This document shows, piece after piece, positions 61,856 through 64,000 of a stretch of 64,000 nt of DNA. The stretch's first letter is position 1; the number at the start of each line of letters is the position of its first letter. Source of the DNA: an uncultured Chloroflexia bacterium (lineage in GTDB: Bacteria > Chloroflexota > Limnocylindria > Limnocylindrales > CSP1-4); the NCBI GenBank assembly GCA_963725745.1, contig CAVRZS010000005.1, positions 1,053,500 to 1,117,499 of the forward strand, read 5' to 3'. The notes beneath the pieces were generated by a model. It was not told the DNA's origin. It was given only the letters and a program-made list of their open reading frames with translations, and ran no database searches. The position numbers were made by a program, and so were the translations under genes.

Positions 61856-62032
61856 GCTCTCAGGCGCGCCGAGTCGTCGCTCGCGGCCGACCTGCGCCTC
61901 TTCGATGCGTGTGGACCGGAAGACCGTAAGTTCCTGGCGCAGGCCCTGTTCGTGCGCGTCGACGGGCTCGGAGTGGAGAGCGTGTGCATTGACTCGCCCG
62001 CAGGAATCCGTGTTGTGGCAGTCACCTGGTGA
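61856..62032 (+). pseudogene. Possible C-terminal fragment of a large serine recombinase
   Basis: Start-less frame with LRLFDACGPEDRKFLAQALFVRVDGLG, resembling the tail helix of large serine recombinases; from recall, not a search. Confidence 0.3.
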
Positions 62033-63935
62033 CCACTAACGCGTCGAGGTCGACCCTCGGCCGCCCCAGCGTTCCGACGACCACCACGCGAACGGTATGC
62101 GTGGAGTGCTTCCACCACGTCGCCGCCCAGGCGACGGTGCGGTAGGTGGTCAAAGGGCGCCACAGGTCGACCGTGACGCGCCGCCGACCGTCGATATAGA
62201 TCCGGACCTTGCCGCGTGTAGGACCGGTCGTGGTCACGAGCGCGATGCCGCGGCCGGTGAACGTGTACCAGCCGGCAGCGCCGGCCCGTCTCGAGGTCCG
62301 CGTTGCCCGGCCGGAGCACGCGTCCCGATGGACCCAGTGCCAGCCGTGGGTGACGATCACCGAGCGGCTCGTTTCCTGGAGCAGGGTGTATCGCCGCTGC
62401 GGCGCGGGTCGGCTTGTGTTGGCGTGGCCTACGGCGTCACGGGCGACGACGCGCACCCGCCAGTCGGTCCCGGTTCCCGCATAGAGCGTGGTGACCGCAG
62501 AGGTCGCGGATGTTCGCGCGTCGGGTCCCCATGGCGCGACGAAGTCGGGCGTGTAGGACTCGACGTCGTATGCCGGTGTTGCCAGGCCCGAACCGGCGTC
62601 GCTCGAGCCTGTCCATCGGACGATGACCGGGACGCTCCGGCCCCGCAACGTCGCGCCGACGCGGATCACGACCGTTGGCCGGCCCGGACGCGTCGGCTGG
62701 TCGGTATCGGTCCCCTCCGCCCCGATCCCGACGACCGGCTCTGGCTCGTCCACCGGTTCCCAGCCATCGAGGCCCGACCCGAGCTCGCCTGACGCATTCG
62801 CGCCCCAGCATCGGAGGGAGCCGTCGCCAAGGAGGACGCAGGCGTCGTTGTCGGATGCGGCGATCGCCGTGGCAGTCGTGATCCCGGGCACCTGCGCCGG
62901 GCGTCCATTCACCTGCCCGAAGAAGCCCCAGCAGGTGGCCGATCGAGATGCCCGCACGACGCAGGTGCCAGCGCCCGGCGATAGCGCAAGCGCGTCCGTG
63001 ATCCCGGGCACCGGGCTTGGCACATGGCGGTCCGTCGTCTTCCCGTCGCCCAGCTGGCCCTCCTCGTCGGAGCCCCAGCACGTTACCGTCCCGTCGTCGA
63101 GGAGCGCACATGCGGCCTCAAACGCCCCGAGCGCCCCGATCGTCACGGCGTCGGCAAGCCCGGTGACCGCGACCGGCGTGGTGCTGTCGGTCGTCGTGTC
63201 ATTTCCGAGTTGCCCGTGTTCGTTAAGGCCCCAACAGCGCGCCGTGCCGTCCGCCAGCAGCGCGCAGGTGCTGTCCGAGGCGGCCGTGACGCTCGTGGCC
63301 GTCGTGATCCCCTTCACCGTAACCGGCTCGTGCCGATCGACCCGTGTGCCGTCGCCAAGCTCGCCTGACCCATTCGAACCCCAGCAGCGGATCGACCCGT
63401 CGCTGAGCACGGCGCACTCGTGCCAGCCGTCTCCCGCGATGTCGACCGCATCGGTGATCCCGTGAACCAGGACGGGCGCCGCGCGCCGCGTCGTCGTGCC
63501 GTCGCCCAATTGACCCTGCCCGTTATCGCCCCAGCAGCGGACGCTGCGGTCGGCAAGGCGGGCACATGTCTGTTCCCAGCCCCCTGCCACTTGGAGCACA
63601 TCGCCGAGCCCCGCGACCGCGACCGGGACGCTGCGATCGACCCGGGTCCCGTCACCCAGCTCGCCGCTGCCGTTGCTCCCCCAGCAGCGCACGGAGCCAT
63701 CGACCATTACGGCGCAGGCGTGGCTTCCCATGACCGCGATCTGCGCCGCCAGCCCGGGCGCGAGCGGGACCGAGGAACCGGCGGGCAACGAGGCACCGAC
63801 AGGCAACGAGGCACCGACAGGCAACGAGGCGACGACGGGCGCCGAGGCGACGACGGGCGCCGGTGCGACCGCCGGCGCCAGGAGCCACACGCACGAGAGC
63901 GCGACCATCCCAAGCCGCAACCGACCCATCCGCAT
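62022..63935 (-). CDS. Secreted RCC1-repeat beta-propeller protein with FN3-like and C-terminal beta-sandwich domains
   Basis: Seven CA..DG..RCWG.N..G.LGDG-type repeats; signal peptide; GGAGG RBS. Confidence 0.9.
   Translation of the reverse strand: MRMGRLRLGMVALSCVWLLAPAVAPAPVVASAPVVASLPVGASLPVGASLPAGSSVPLAPGLAAQIAVMGSHACAVMVDGSVRCWGSNGSGELGDGTRVDRSVPVAVAGLGDVLQVAGGWEQTCARLADRSVRCWGDNGQGQLGDGTTTRRAAPVLVHGITDAVDIAGDGWHECAVLSDGSIRCWGSNGSGELGDGTRVDRHEPVTVKGITTATSVTAASDSTCALLADGTARCWGLNEHGQLGNDTTTDSTTPVAVTGLADAVTIGALGAFEAACALLDDGTVTCWGSDEEGQLGDGKTTDRHVPSPVPGITDALALSPGAGTCVVRASRSATCWGFFGQVNGRPAQVPGITTATAIAASDNDACVLLGDGSLRCWGANASGELGSGLDGWEPVDEPEPVVGIGAEGTDTDQPTRPGRPTVVIRVGATLRGRSVPVIVRWTGSSDAGSGLATPAYDVESYTPDFVAPWGPDARTSATSAVTTLYAGTGTDWRVRVVARDAVGHANTSRPAPQRRYTLLQETSRSVIVTHGWHWVHRDACSGRATRTSRRAGAAGWYTFTGRGIALVTTTGPTRGKVRIYIDGRRRVTVDLWRPLTTYRTVAWAATWWKHSTHTVRVVVVGTLGRPRVDLDALVVTR
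63784..63861 (-). repeat. 18-bp in-frame tandem repeat (about 4 copies) in RCC1 protein N-terminal linker
   Basis: ggcaacgaggcaccgaca x2, then two variant units. Confidence 0.85.
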
Positions 63936-63961
63936 GTTCGACTCCCTCCGAGCGCCCTCGT

Positions 63962-63987
63962 TGAGACGCGAATCGCGCCGCACTGTG
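63962..63987 (-). promoter_or_regulatory. Putative ECF promoter CACA-N13-CGCGTCTCA
   Basis: Both boxes and spacing match the motif upstream of the ECF gene at 59971. Confidence 0.6.
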
Positions 63988-64000
63988 TCGAGTCGTGTGA

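Noticed and set aside
12039-63861. Tandem repeats at 12039, 50798 and 63784 as CRISPR or contingency loci
   Set aside because: In-frame, spacer-less repeats encoding low-complexity linkers; no cas genes or repeat-spacer pattern in the window

Overview
Very GC-rich bacterial chromosome segment. The gene set (darA, guaB3, UPF0182, DUF3048, mazG-rph-rdgB, many leaderless TAnnnT promoters, several ECF/anti-sigma pairs) suggests a monoderm Chloroflexota, probably Limnocylindria-like; this is inference only. Roughly 1-51 kb is mostly core genome: darA-proline dehydrogenase, a secreted PQQ/GSDH protein, ppk2, guaB3, guaA, a UPF0182 cluster, radC, mreBC, a cell-surface glycan locus (rmlABD, GH18 multidomain protein, Ppm1-like GT2, GT4, wzm/wzt, SurA-like PPIase), mazG-rph-rdgB, a DrrAB-type exporter, a MerR regulator and an RhlE helicase. 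Roughly 51-64 kb is accessory: two ECF sigma/beta-propeller anti-sigma pairs, phosphatases, a lipid kinase, lipoproteins, an RCC1 protein, a 5'-half tRNA-Pro and gene remnants. About 17 single-base frameshifts hit conserved genes and are most likely long-read consensus errors. The best leads are non-coding: a ~140-nt G.U-rich rod ahead of an HTH/PD-(D/E)XK nuclease-like gene, an orphan sRNA candidate with GAACAAC repeats and CU-rich loops, a 26-bp leader hairpin before radC, twin divergent MerR promoters, a shared ECF promoter motif, an ATC start codon and a broken tRNA. No CRISPR array, rRNA, intact tRNA or intact transposase/integrase was seen.
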